Shown here in pieces: positions 18,574 through 28,879 of a stretch of DNA of 64,000 nt (position 1 is its first letter; the number at the start of each line of letters is the position of its first letter). The stretch comes from a bacterium. Its GTDB lineage: Bacteria > Armatimonadota > Zipacnadia > Zipacnadales > UBA11051. A program made the position numbers and the translations under genes. The DNA lies in assembly GCA_030604405.1 (NCBI GenBank), contig JAUVVY010000024.1, forward strand, positions 301-64,300, given 5' to 3'. The notes under the pieces were generated by a model. It made no database searches. It saw only the letters and a list, made by a program, of their open reading frames with translations, and was not told the DNA's origin.

Positions 18574-19461
18574 CTATCTTTCCTTCTTGTCCTTCTTAGG
18601 TTTCTTAGGCGTGGGCTTCGCATCGTCGGGGTTTTCCACGACGATTGACTCGTCGGCATTCAGGACTACTATCCCGGGCTTGAGGCGGCATTCGACCTCG
18701 ACCTCTCCTTCGTCCACGCTCACGCGAGTGGCCGCGTAGTGGTCGCGGCCCTTGGTCTTATACACGGCAACCTGGAAGCTAGTACCGCGGACGGCAGCGA
18801 CTATCTCAGGAGTGACGACCTCGAAGCGCGACCCTGGAGTAACTGTCACGTCAATCGAGCCTTGGTTGCCTTCGGGGATCCACACTACGCTGTGAAGGCC
18901 TCCCTGCGTGGTGACAGACGTTAGTACAACAACGCTGAGGCCGTTTTGAATATCTACTCGGCTGCCGTCGGCGAAGTTGAGTACGCCACCTTCAACGAAT
19001 TCCCCGATTCCAATCTTCTGCTCGTTGTGTGTCACAGCTCCTGCCAGACCGATTTCGGTCTTGGCCTTGCCGCAGATAACTGCGGCCTTGCGGCCGTTGC
19101 TGTGCCGCGGACATCCGACCACGAATTCGGTGGCCGCCGCCGGACGATAGCGGCCCACAAAAAACGCACTATAGCTGTCCAACGAGTCATGATCGGCGGG
19201 ACACACCAAGACGCCGGCGCTGTCCACGTACGGCCCTAGCGAGGCAGGAAGCGGGGTCATTGGCGACCCGTGGTGGTCCTGGTAATAGACCTGGGCCGCA
19301 ACGGCAATCTGGTGGAGATTGGCAGTACAGCGAACTAATCTGGCTGAATCGCGAGCACCTGCAAACACGGGGAAAAGAACCGCCGCCAAGACGGCAATCA
19401 CGCCCATGCTGGCAATGAGTTCGCTGAGAGTAAAGCCACGACCGGTGTTATTTTTGCACAT
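18574..19461 (-). CDS. Prepilin-type N-terminal cleavage/methylation protein with a DUF1559 N-terminus and FecR-like C-terminal domain (paralog 1)
   Basis: About 65% identical to 17338..18255 along its whole length. GFTLSELIASMGVIAVLAAVLFPVFAGARDSARLVRCTANLHQIA. Confidence 0.7.
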   Translation of the reverse strand: MCKNNTGRGFTLSELIASMGVIAVLAAVLFPVFAGARDSARLVRCTANLHQIAVAAQVYYQDHHGSPMTPLPASLGPYVDSAGVLVCPADHDSLDSYSAFFVGRYRPAAATEFVVGCPRHSNGRKAAVICGKAKTEIGLAGAVTHNEQKIGIGEFVEGGVLNFADGSRVDIQNGLSVVVLTSVTTQGGLHSVVWIPEGNQGSIDVTVTPGSRFEVVTPEIVAAVRGTSFQVAVYKTKGRDHYAATRVSVDEGEVEVECRLKPGIVVLNADESIVVENPDDAKPTPKKPKKDKKER

Positions 19462-19850
19462 TTAGGTGTCCCCCCGTCACCGGACTTACGATGTGGCGGT
19501 TGCTACATACGGTTTACCTCCGCGAATCTCTCACGTCTTTGCCCAGAGCCCCCTTGGTTGGCGCTGAGGCCATCATGGTACCATCAAGTTGCTCAATTGT
19601 TTCTCATCGTAGTCTCAAGGTATGCTCAAGTCCAGAAAATGCCCGATAGCCTCGAAATACGCATTTTCGCGCAGCCTTGTCGAAGCAGGTTTGATGCCAG
19701 GCAGAAGGTGAGGCGGCGAATCAGAGCGAAAGCGACAACTGAGCATCACATCCAAATACCTTCCGCATCAATTACCGCAGTCAGCTTTGAGACCTGCAAC
19801 TGACCGTCTCTGTGCTGATGATGCGACGAAAATGGTGGTGAGAGGCAGAT

Positions 19851-20513
19851 ATGGCGCGCGAAGCAAACAAGCAGATTGCCGAGCGGGCCCGGAAGATACT
19901 GGCGGCCCTGCGTGAAGAATACGGCCCGCCCAGAACAGCTCTTCGCTACCGCGACCCCTGGGAGCTGCTGGTGGCGACGATACTTTCGGCGCAGTGTACT
20001 GACGAGCGCGTCAATCAAGTCACGCCAGGGCTTTTCGCCAGATACCCGGCAATTAAGGATTTTGCGGCGGCCGACCGGGCTGAGCTGGAGGAGTTAGTGC
20101 GGCCCGCCGGCTTCTTCCGCAACAAAGCGCGCGCCATTCACGAATCGGCACAGCAGATTATGGAGCAATTCGACGGCAAGATGCCGCAGACCATGGAGGA
20201 CTTGACCAGCTTGCGCGGCGTGGCGCGCAAGACGGCCTCGGTCGTGCTGCAGGATGCGATCAAGCCCGACGGCCCACATGACGGTGTGGTAGTGGATACG
20301 CATGTGCAGCGGCTGTCGAAGCGGATGGGGCTGGTGCCCGCGAGCTGGGACAACGCCGCTAAGACCGAGCGGCGGCTGATGGAGATCTTCCCGCAGGAGG
20401 AATGGGACCTGTCTTTCACCTTCATCGAGCACGGGCGGGCGGTCTGTGCGGCACGCAGGCCCAAGTGCGAGCAGTGCGTGGTCTATGATCTATGCCCCCG
20501 CCGCGGAGTTTGA
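19851..20513 (+). CDS. nth: Endonuclease III
   Basis: Helix-hairpin-helix glycosylase core and a C-terminal C-x6-C-x2-C-x5-C [4Fe-4S] cluster. 220 aa. Confidence 0.9.
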   Translation: MAREANKQIAERARKILAALREEYGPPRTALRYRDPWELLVATILSAQCTDERVNQVTPGLFARYPAIKDFAAADRAELEELVRPAGFFRNKARAIHESAQQIMEQFDGKMPQTMEDLTSLRGVARKTASVVLQDAIKPDGPHDGVVVDTHVQRLSKRMGLVPASWDNAAKTERRLMEIFPQEEWDLSFTFIEHGRAVCAARRPKCEQCVVYDLCPRRGV

Positions 20514-20792
20514 GCACAGCGGGCCACCCCCCCACCCACTCGTCCGGAGTGGGCACTCGCCCTTCCTCACCCACACATCAGGCACGGCTACCCCGGCCAT
20601 CCCAATGATCGGCGCAAAACAGGCAGGAGCGCTTCAGATCTCTAGCTTTGACGAACGAATGTTGTCTCGGGGGAGGACTTGCTGCGCGGATGAAAGAACG
20701 TGATACCAGGTAAAAGCCTCCGTGGAGCCGTGGAAGTGAGGCAGTTCGGGGGAGTACATTTCAATGTCTCGTCCGAAAGGAGCTGAATTGCC

Positions 20793-21905
20793 TTGAAGAT
20801 AACCCATCTGGAAACGCTCCACGTTGCCCCTCGCTGGCTCTTTGTAAGAGTCCACACTGACGAGGGCCTCGTCGGCTTAGGGGAGTGCCTGGGCGATAAG
20901 GCAAGGGCAGTGGCCGGGGCGGTGGATGAATTGGCCGGGTATTTGACAGGCCAGGACCCCTTCAGGATCGAACATCACTGGCAACTCATGTACCGAGGTG
21001 CGTTCTGGCGAGGCGGCCCGATTCTCAATGCAGCGATCAGTGGCGTGGAGATCGCGCTCTGGGACATTCTGGGACAGGCGCTTGGGGTGCCCATTTATCA
21101 GTTGCTCGGCGGCAAGTGCCGCGAGCGAGTGCGCATGTATCCGCACATCAGCGGGGACACGCTGGAGGACTTGGCGGAGAGTGCTGCCTCGGCCGTGGCG
21201 CAAGGCTTCACGGCTGTGAAGTGGTGTCCTCTGCCTCCCACCAGAGCCGTGGACACTCCCAAGATGCGCCAGGAGGCTGCGGAGCAAGTCCGCGTTGTCC
21301 GGGAAGTCGTCGGGGATGAGGTTGATATCTTGATTGACATGCACGGGCGACTTTCTCCCGCTATGGCGATTCTCCTCGGCGAGAGATTCGCGGAGTACGA
21401 ACCTATGTTCCTGGAGGAGCCGTGCCTGCCGGAGAACGTTGACGCCATGGCCCGCATCGCCCGGACTCTCAGGACGCCCATTGCTACCGGCGAACGCTTA
21501 TTTACCAGGTTCGGCTTTCGAGAAGTACTGGAGAAACAGGCGGCCGCGATCGTGCAGCCAGACGTCACCACATGCGGCGGGATTATGGAACTGAAGAAGA
21601 TCGCGGCGATGGCTGAAGCACACTATGTCGCCATAGCACCTCACAATCCCTATGGTCCTGTAGCCACGGCGGCATCGCTGCACGTGGATGCTTGCGTCCC
21701 CAACTTTCTCATCCAGGAATTCGTCGCCCTGGGTGAGGGATGCCTGAAACAGCCCATAACTGTGACCGACGGGTATGCTGACATCCCCGACGGGCCGGGA
21801 CTGGGCGTCGAACTTGACGATCGGGCAGTCCGGGACAGGCCACGCCAATTGTGGGACATCCCTACGTGGTGTCACGCAGACGACGGCTCTGTGGCAGATT
21901 GGTAG
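20793..21905 (+). CDS. Enolase-superfamily sugar-acid dehydratase (mandelate racemase/muconate lactonizing family; galactonate/rhamnonate dehydratase-like)
   Basis: N-terminal capping domain plus the metal-ligand pattern (IDMHG…EEP…) of the MR/MLE family. TTG start with AAAGGAG ribosome-binding site. Confidence 0.8.
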   Translation: MKITHLETLHVAPRWLFVRVHTDEGLVGLGECLGDKARAVAGAVDELAGYLTGQDPFRIEHHWQLMYRGAFWRGGPILNAAISGVEIALWDILGQALGVPIYQLLGGKCRERVRMYPHISGDTLEDLAESAASAVAQGFTAVKWCPLPPTRAVDTPKMRQEAAEQVRVVREVVGDEVDILIDMHGRLSPAMAILLGERFAEYEPMFLEEPCLPENVDAMARIARTLRTPIATGERLFTRFGFREVLEKQAAAIVQPDVTTCGGIMELKKIAAMAEAHYVAIAPHNPYGPVATAASLHVDACVPNFLIQEFVALGEGCLKQPITVTDGYADIPDGPGLGVELDDRAVRDRPRQLWDIPTWCHADDGSVADW

Positions 21906-21920
21906 AAGTGGGCTCTGGCC

Positions 21921-21984
21921 CGAATAATTCACAAGCCGCGTACCTCGGCCTGCCCTGAGCTTGCCGAAGGGAGCAACGTCGAAG
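21921..21984. repeat. Intergenic mosaic repeat, copy b of the 2753..2837 element
   Basis: cgaataattcacaagccgcgtacctcggcctgccctgagcttgccgaagggagcaacgtcgaag, directly after the dehydratase stop codon. Confidence 0.5.
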
Positions 21985-22032
21985 GGCAGCCCGAGGTCGT
22001 TCTAGCTCTTACAACACTCGCCAGGAGGCTTC

Positions 22033-24126
22033 GTGGACATGGCAGAATTGATGCTCCGCTACCAGGGATACGAGTATGTGGTCGCAGGTGAGCGACTGCA
22101 ACTGCAGAGCAATGGCACGGTGTTAGCCGAGTTCAACCTGGCCCCGCTGGTCAATGGGCAGGCCACCACTATTGAGCAATGGCATGAGACTGAGCGCCAA
22201 CACTTTTGCGCTGATCTGCAGCCTGAGGGACAGGTTCACCTGGCTGTGCGTGAAGGCTATGTCTGTTACTGGATGGAGACGTGCACTGAGCAGTTCGACA
22301 CGCTCACCTACTTCCCTCAGTCGGTCGCCACCGGCAGCGACTGGCAGACATATCTGTCCGACGAGCACGACCGGCGCTGGGACCTTGCTGTTGACACTGA
22401 GGTAGCCCTTTCCAGCGCCTATCCGCGCATGAATGTGGATGGTGCAGAAGGGGCTGGTATGTGCGATCCTGGCGACAGGCCTCCGAGCTGGATATGGAAC
22501 CTGCCGGTACGGGCCTGCAGCTTCGCCACGGACCAGGGCGACTGGCTGGGCCTCTGTGTTCCTGGCCCGCTGGCAGTGGGCGTTACGCGCCTGAAGATGG
22601 AGCAGCAGCGTTTTTCCATGACCTTCCAGATTCTGCGGCCGGCCTGCGATGAAGGTCGGATGCCGGAAGTCTATCTCGTCCCCGGATTGCCAGGCCCCTA
22701 CGACTGCCTGGAGAGCCAGCGGACGATATCCGAGGCGCGCGGCTGGGTGGTGGCCAAAAGCCCCGACCATCCCCAGTGGTGGACTCATCCCACCTTCAAG
22801 TGCTGGGATGAACTGGTTCGCCTGCAAGGCGAGGCCTTCGTCTATGATGAGCAGGGCAACGCCACCACGATCATGACCACGGACAATCTGCTCAAATGGC
22901 TCGACATGGTTGAAGAGTCTTGCGGTCTGGAGGGCCGCATCAACATCGTCATTGACCAGTACTGGTTCTACCGCTACGGCGACCGCGGCGTCATCAACGA
23001 ACTGGGTGGGCAGGCCGGACTACGCAACACGATAGACGAATTGCGTGAGCGCGGCGTTCATACCGGACTCTACCTGCATCAGTACATGGTTGATACCCTG
23101 GTTGCGTTCTACCAGGAACATCCTGAGGCCTTCTGCAAATGTAAAGACCCCGATTTCGAACTGTCACACGGCGTGCGAGTTGGTGCCGATGCGACTACGG
23201 CCTACGTTGACTGGACTCATCCGTTGGGACGGCAGTACATGCTGGATACGGTCGAATATATTCTGTCTGATGGCGACGGCTGCTTGAACGCCGACTGGCT
23301 TATGATCAATAACAACTTAGCTCCCGATCCGCGCTTGTACGATTTCCACGATCCCGACTGGGGCATCGGGGACTTGATGCAGTACAAGGTGCAGCGCGCG
23401 ATGTACACGCGAGCCAAAGAGGTCAAGCCTGACGCGCTGGTGCGCCGGCAGTCGCCGGCTGAACCGTGCTTCCAGGCATTCTGCGACAACGCGAATCTGT
23501 GCGAGCACTGGACCTCGGTAATGACGCCATCTTACCGACGCGGACGGATCGCGACACGGGTGCTGCGCGACGTAATCTTCAGCACCGACGCCTGGTTTGT
23601 GAGCCTGACCAAGGCCTACGAATACTACATGAACATGTGCGTGTGGAACGTGCCGGAGATCGAGTCGGTTGAGCATGCAATCCACCCATACATGTACTGG
23701 CGACCACTGCAGGAGAAGGACTTCCGCCGGCGCAGAGCCGGGCTGCAGGTGTACATGAACGCTCCCATCAACATCACAGATCAGTGCTGGGTGGACCTGG
23801 ACGGCGACCACCTGCTCGCCTGGCGAAAATACACCCGCGGGCCTCTGGCCGGCTTCTATGCGGCTCTGGCCCTCAGCACGCGCTGCTTCGTCACTTACAG
23901 CCCCACCCAGGCGCTGACAGCCGCCACAGAAACACGCCTGGCCGACATTCCTCTGCCTGCGAATGCGGAGATTGCGGCTGTGCAACGCGTGCTTCATTCG
24001 GGGGAGGCCCAAGCGCACGAATATGAGCTGTGCAGATGTGACCACGGCCCTGCGCTGCGCACCCAGATTCCCGACTGTGCGGGCGAAGTGGCGTATGTAC
24101 GGATTTGCTACACACTCGGAGATTAG
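22033..24126 (+). CDS. Hypothetical 697-aa protein; possibly a TIM-barrel glycoside hydrolase
   Basis: Sits between the dehydratase and the DSD1-family enzyme, so a role in sugar metabolism is plausible. I recognise no diagnostic motifs. Confidence 0.35.
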   Translation: MDMAELMLRYQGYEYVVAGERLQLQSNGTVLAEFNLAPLVNGQATTIEQWHETERQHFCADLQPEGQVHLAVREGYVCYWMETCTEQFDTLTYFPQSVATGSDWQTYLSDEHDRRWDLAVDTEVALSSAYPRMNVDGAEGAGMCDPGDRPPSWIWNLPVRACSFATDQGDWLGLCVPGPLAVGVTRLKMEQQRFSMTFQILRPACDEGRMPEVYLVPGLPGPYDCLESQRTISEARGWVVAKSPDHPQWWTHPTFKCWDELVRLQGEAFVYDEQGNATTIMTTDNLLKWLDMVEESCGLEGRINIVIDQYWFYRYGDRGVINELGGQAGLRNTIDELRERGVHTGLYLHQYMVDTLVAFYQEHPEAFCKCKDPDFELSHGVRVGADATTAYVDWTHPLGRQYMLDTVEYILSDGDGCLNADWLMINNNLAPDPRLYDFHDPDWGIGDLMQYKVQRAMYTRAKEVKPDALVRRQSPAEPCFQAFCDNANLCEHWTSVMTPSYRRGRIATRVLRDVIFSTDAWFVSLTKAYEYYMNMCVWNVPEIESVEHAIHPYMYWRPLQEKDFRRRRAGLQVYMNAPINITDQCWVDLDGDHLLAWRKYTRGPLAGFYAALALSTRCFVTYSPTQALTAATETRLADIPLPANAEIAAVQRVLHSGEAQAHEYELCRCDHGPALRTQIPDCAGEVAYVRICYTLGD

Positions 24127-24204
24127 CCTGGCAAAGCGCACCAATGCTATTGCCCCGGACAGGGTGTTGGCGAAACCCACCACAGAACGAGGAGCGAGGC
24201 TAGG

Positions 24205-25317
24205 ATGAAATCGCTGTTGGATATGCCAGTTTCATGTGTAGATACGCCTGCTCTGCTGGTTGATTACGCGATACTGCAGCGCAATATCCAGCGGCTGCAG
24301 GAGGCCAGCGCTGCGGCTGAGATTGCAGTGCGCCCGCACATCAAGGCGCACAAGACCCCGCAGGTCGCCCAGATGCAGATACAAGCCGGAGCCATCGGGG
24401 TGACATGCGCCAAGCTCGGTGAGGCGGAGGCGATGGCCGCCGGCGGCATCGAAGATATCTTCATCGCCAACTGCCTGGTCGGGCCGACCAAGATGGCCCG
24501 GCTGGTGGGCCTGGCTAAGCACGTGCGGCACTTGTCTGTGGCCGTGGAGAGCATTGAATCGGCCCGGCAGATGAGCAGCGCGTTTTCCGAGGCTGACATG
24601 CAGCTCGATGTCATTATCGAAGCCAACATCGGCTCCAACCGTGCCGGAGTGGAGCCTGATGCGGCTGTAGAATTCGCAAAGGCGCTGGCCGATTTCCCGG
24701 CGCTGCAGATCAGAGGCATCATGGGGTATGTCGGCTTTGCGTACTACGGCGGCGGGCCGGAGGACTTCGCCGAATCCGCAGCCAGAGAGGCAAAGGCGCT
24801 GAGTGATGTCGCTGCTGATCTGCAGGAGGGGGGATTCGAGGTGCAGGTGATATCCGGAGGCTGCACTCCGACTGCGGGGCGCTACCAGAAGGGCTGTGGC
24901 CTGACCGAGGTGCGCTGCGGAACATACTGCCTCAATGACCACAATCAGGTTGACCTGGGCGCGTGTAGCAGGCAAGACATTGCCGCGACGGTGCTAAGCA
25001 CGGTGGTCAGTGTTCCGGCTGAAGACCGGATTATCATTGACGCCGGAACCAAGGCGCTCGACCAGGCCGTCAGCGACCTGACCGAGGGCTATGGGTGGTT
25101 GAAGGGGTACGAGGGCGGAAACGTGTACAAGATAAACGATGAGCACGGATATGTAGATAGGCGACGGCTGCAGGGCGATTTCGCGATAGGGGACAAGGTG
25201 GAGATCTACCCGCCGCGCATCTGTACCTGCCTGAACCTGTACGATTACATGTACGTCATCGAGAACGGCCAGGTGCGGGATGTCTGGCAGATTACCGCGC
25301 GCGGGGCCAATACCTGA
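24205..25317 (+). CDS. Alanine-racemase-fold PLP enzyme of the DSD1 family (D-serine deaminase / D-threonine aldolase / 3-hydroxy-D-aspartate aldolase-like)
   Basis: HIKAHKT PLP-lysine motif. Fold-type III N-terminal domain plus the C-terminal D-serine-dehydratase-like domain. Good ribosome-binding site. Confidence 0.7.
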   Translation: MKSLLDMPVSCVDTPALLVDYAILQRNIQRLQEASAAAEIAVRPHIKAHKTPQVAQMQIQAGAIGVTCAKLGEAEAMAAGGIEDIFIANCLVGPTKMARLVGLAKHVRHLSVAVESIESARQMSSAFSEADMQLDVIIEANIGSNRAGVEPDAAVEFAKALADFPALQIRGIMGYVGFAYYGGGPEDFAESAAREAKALSDVAADLQEGGFEVQVISGGCTPTAGRYQKGCGLTEVRCGTYCLNDHNQVDLGACSRQDIAATVLSTVVSVPAEDRIIIDAGTKALDQAVSDLTEGYGWLKGYEGGNVYKINDEHGYVDRRRLQGDFAIGDKVEIYPPRICTCLNLYDYMYVIENGQVRDVWQITARGANT

Positions 25318-25404
25318 GTTGGTCGTCCTGTACCAGGACTCCTCACCTTGACACCTGTCAGAACTGCCCCCTATACTGCTGGCGGAAGGACTGATGCTGC
25401 AGAA

Positions 25405-26937
25405 ATGACTCTGGTAGAAACGATCACCGACGATATGGAGCAACTCCTCGCCGTACTCCCTGAGCGGGTACGCGAAGAGCTGGAAGATCACCCGCGCCTG
25501 GGCGAACTGGTTGAGGTAGTAATAGATTTGGGGCGCCCCATTGAGGCGCGTTTTCCCGGCAGCTTTGAGATCCTCGGCGAGCAGCAGGCACCCCACGAAG
25601 ACATCCAGCACGTGGTGACCGGTGTCGGCGAATTTGACCGCGACAATCGTGCCGGCATCGAGCGCACCCTGCATCGCATCTCGGCGATACGCAACCGCTT
25701 GGGCGAGATCGTTGGTCTGACGTGCCGCGTCGGGCGCGCGGTATATGGCACCATAGATATCGTCAGTGACGTCATCGAATCCGGCCAGAGCGTCCTGTTT
25801 CTGGGACCGCCCGGGATTGGCAAGACCACCAGGCTGCGCGAGGTTGCCAGGGTGCTGGCCTCCGAGTTTGACAAACGGGTCGTCATCGTTGATACCAACA
25901 ACGAAATAGCCGGTGACGGCGATATCCCTCATCCGGCGATCGGACGCGCGCGGCGCATGCAGGTGCCAAACGGCTGCCAGCAACACGATATCATGATCCA
26001 GGCCGTGGAGAATCACATGCCCGAGGTTGTGGTGATTGATGAGATCGGCAACGAAGCCGAGGCCGCTGCAGCCCGCACCATCGCCGAACGCGGAGTGCAA
26101 CTGATTGCCACGGCGCACGGTAACGCGCTCGAGAACCTGATGGCGAATCCGACGCTGGCGGACCTGGTCGGGGGCATCCAGGCAGTTACGCTGGGTGATG
26201 ACGAAGCCCGCAGGCGCGGGACCCAGAAGGTTGTGCTGGAGCGCCAGGCTCCGCCGACGTTTGCGATCGCCGTGCAGCTTGAAGGGCTGCGCCGCCTGGC
26301 CATCTACCACGATGTAGCGGCCACAGTTGACCAGATCCTGCTGGGGCAGCCGGTGGCCCCTGAGATCAGGCAAAGGGACGCTGACGGCGAAGTCGAGATC
26401 GTCAAGGAAGCACAACTGGCGCCGGTGCCGGCGGATCCCCACAACCGCGAACTGGCGCGACTTCAGCGCGAGATCCAGCACGCCCAGAGCATCGCCGACC
26501 ACCAGCGGCTCTTTGTCAAGGGATTGACGCGCAGCAAGGTGGAAAGGGCCGTACGGGAGCTGCGCGCCGATGTGACGCTGGTCCACGACCCCGCGGAAGC
26601 CGACATTATCCTGGCATTACAGAATCGCGCCGCCGAAGTCTCCGCCTACAGCAGCGACCAGCGGCGAGTCATAATCGTGCGCAGCAACACCTACGCACAG
26701 ATCTACCAGGCGTTGCGTGAGATGTTCGGCACAGGGAATGGCTCGATCGAGGAGTTCGCCCTGCGCCAGGTCGAGGAAGCTATCGAAGAGGTCACGCGGA
26801 CCAATCAGGCGGTCGAACTGCTGCCGCAGAACGCCTATGTCAGGCGCTTGCAGCATGAGCTGGCCGGCAAGCACAACTTCCGCTCCGGCAGCGTCGGCAA
26901 GGAGCCCCGCCGCCGCGTGACGATATACCCGGACTGA
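25405..26937 (+). CDS. R3H-domain AAA+ ATPase (Ycf45/SpoIIIAA-like)
   Basis: Walker A LFLGPPGIGKTT and Walker B VVVIDEIG. C-terminal nucleic-acid-binding R3H-like region. The ORF-track TTG start at 25348 is an alternative. Confidence 0.6.
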   Translation: MTLVETITDDMEQLLAVLPERVREELEDHPRLGELVEVVIDLGRPIEARFPGSFEILGEQQAPHEDIQHVVTGVGEFDRDNRAGIERTLHRISAIRNRLGEIVGLTCRVGRAVYGTIDIVSDVIESGQSVLFLGPPGIGKTTRLREVARVLASEFDKRVVIVDTNNEIAGDGDIPHPAIGRARRMQVPNGCQQHDIMIQAVENHMPEVVVIDEIGNEAEAAAARTIAERGVQLIATAHGNALENLMANPTLADLVGGIQAVTLGDDEARRRGTQKVVLERQAPPTFAIAVQLEGLRRLAIYHDVAATVDQILLGQPVAPEIRQRDADGEVEIVKEAQLAPVPADPHNRELARLQREIQHAQSIADHQRLFVKGLTRSKVERAVRELRADVTLVHDPAEADIILALQNRAAEVSAYSSDQRRVIIVRSNTYAQIYQALREMFGTGNGSIEEFALRQVEEAIEEVTRTNQAVELLPQNAYVRRLQHELAGKHNFRSGSVGKEPRRRVTIYPD

Positions 26938-27005
26938 CGGCCCTACGCGACGATTATTTGTGGATGTCCGAACATGATGAAGTATCGCGCTTAGCGAGGT
27001 ATGCG

Positions 27006-27698
27006 ATGGGTTCGCGTTTCATAGTCCTCGACGGGCCTGATGGCTGCGGAAAGACGACACAGGCGCGGCTGCTCGTCAAAGCGCTTGAGCAGGCCGGCGT
27101 CGAGGTCGTACATACCCATGAGCCCGGTGACACTCCGGTAGGCGAGAAGATACGTCAAATCCTGCTCGACCCTGACACCGGCGACATCGAGGCCTTGACC
27201 GAGACTCTGCTCTTCTGCGCCGACCGCGCCGAGCATGTGGCCACCGTCATCAAGCCGGCTCTCGAGCAGGGCAAGACCGTGGTGTGTGACCGCTTTGCCT
27301 CCGCCACGGCGGCCTATCAAGGCTACGCCGGCGGGCTCGGCTTCGAGCTAGTTGAGCAGCTCAATGCGATCGCCACCGGTGGCCTGCAGCCGGACCTGCT
27401 GATCGTGCTCGATATTGACCGCGACTCCGCACGCGAGCGTCTCAGTCGTGTCGCGCGCGGCCACGACCGTATCGAACAGAACGTGCAATTGTCGCTGACC
27501 GGCTTCGCACAGGATATCGACGATAGCGGATGGACAGACGCACGCCTCGCCCACGATCGCTTCAGCCGCCTGCGAGAAGGCTTCATCCACTATGCAGCCA
27601 TCATGCAGCACCGCGGCGTCGTAATAGACGCAAGCCAGAGCGTCGAGCAAGTCCATGAACAGGTAATGCGGAGCGTGGAAAAGGTCGCAGATCGATGA
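27006..27698 (+). CDS. tmk: Thymidylate kinase
   Basis: FIVLDGPDGCGKTTQ P-loop, DRF motif and a lid region. Start at MGSRFIV, which is preceded by GAGG. Confidence 0.85.
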   Translation: MGSRFIVLDGPDGCGKTTQARLLVKALEQAGVEVVHTHEPGDTPVGEKIRQILLDPDTGDIEALTETLLFCADRAEHVATVIKPALEQGKTVVCDRFASATAAYQGYAGGLGFELVEQLNAIATGGLQPDLLIVLDIDRDSARERLSRVARGHDRIEQNVQLSLTGFAQDIDDSGWTDARLAHDRFSRLREGFIHYAAIMQHRGVVIDASQSVEQVHEQVMRSVEKVADR

Positions 27699-28870
27699 GC
27701 TTTGCGCAGATAGCCGGCCACGAGGGCACTTTGCAGGTGCTGAAGAAGGCGGTACTGACCGGCCGCATCCCCCAGGCGTACCTGTTCGTCGGCCCGTCCA
27801 ATGTCGGCAAGACGTTGACCGCCGTCGAGCTGGCCAAGGCGCTCAATTGCGAGACCTTGACGGCCCCCGAAACGGTAGATGACATCGAGCCGTGTGACCA
27901 GTGCAGTTCATGCGTGCGGATAGAAAAAGGCATTCATCCGGACTTTCGCATCGTACAACCGCTCACGCGCATAGGTGCTATTGACGACGAAGAGACGGAA
28001 GCTGATCCTGTAACCGGCGAGCCCAGCAAGAAAAAGGACGAGTTCGTACAGATGGAGGGGGCGGAGATCCGCATTTCGCAAGTGCGGGAGCTTATTGAAA
28101 GCGCCTCTCTCATGACTAATCAAGCCAGGCGGCGGATGTACATAATAACTGGTGCCGAAACCATGAACATTGCCGCGGCCAACGCTTTCCTGAAGACCCT
28201 GGAAGAGCCATCGGCCGCGACGACGTTCGTTCTCACGACCGCCAGTCCTAATGACCTGCTGCCCACGATCGTGTCGCGCTGCCAGGTAGTCAACTTCCAC
28301 CCGGTGCCTGCCGCCGTAGCCCGCGATTTCCTGGTAAGTCGTTACCCGGAAGTGAGCGCCGAGCAGATACAGTCAATCGTGGCCATGTCGAGCGGGCGAA
28401 TCGGCTGGGCCATCAAGCTGCTGCAACAGCCGGACGTGCTGCAGATACGCAGTGATCTGCTGGATTTGTGTGTGCGGCTGGCCGCCGCGGACTGGGTGGA
28501 GTGCCTGCGCGGCGGCGAACTGCTCGTGGATGCGGCGGAGAGATGGTGGCTGGCCACCAACGAGGAAGAGATCGCCGAGAAAGCTCTGAAGGCGAGCCGC
28601 GACCGGGTCTTGCGCACCAGCATGGGCGACATCCTCGACATTCTGGCGACCTGGTTCCGCGACCTGCTGCTGCTGTCCTCAGACGCTGGGGCGGATGGGC
28701 TGATCAACATGGACCGGGCCGAGCAATTGCGTGATTTAGCGGGGCGCTATGATGCCAAGAAATGCGAGGCGGCCTGCGAGCACCTGCAGAGGATGCACGC
28801 GCAACTGGGTCAGAACGCCAACCTGCGCCTGGCCGCCGAGAACCTCGCCCTGCGCCTGATTGTGACCTGA
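27695..28870 (+). CDS. holB: DNA polymerase III delta' subunit
   Basis: AYLFVGPSNVGKT Walker-A-like motif and a C-x2-C…C-x2-C zinc module. Its start overlaps the tmk stop (ATGA). Confidence 0.8.
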   Translation: MSFAQIAGHEGTLQVLKKAVLTGRIPQAYLFVGPSNVGKTLTAVELAKALNCETLTAPETVDDIEPCDQCSSCVRIEKGIHPDFRIVQPLTRIGAIDDEETEADPVTGEPSKKKDEFVQMEGAEIRISQVRELIESASLMTNQARRRMYIITGAETMNIAAANAFLKTLEEPSAATTFVLTTASPNDLLPTIVSRCQVVNFHPVPAAVARDFLVSRYPEVSAEQIQSIVAMSSGRIGWAIKLLQQPDVLQIRSDLLDLCVRLAAADWVECLRGGELLVDAAERWWLATNEEEIAEKALKASRDRVLRTSMGDILDILATWFRDLLLLSSDAGADGLINMDRAEQLRDLAGRYDAKKCEAACEHLQRMHAQLGQNANLRLAAENLALRLIVT

Positions 28871-28879
28871 CGCACAAGC

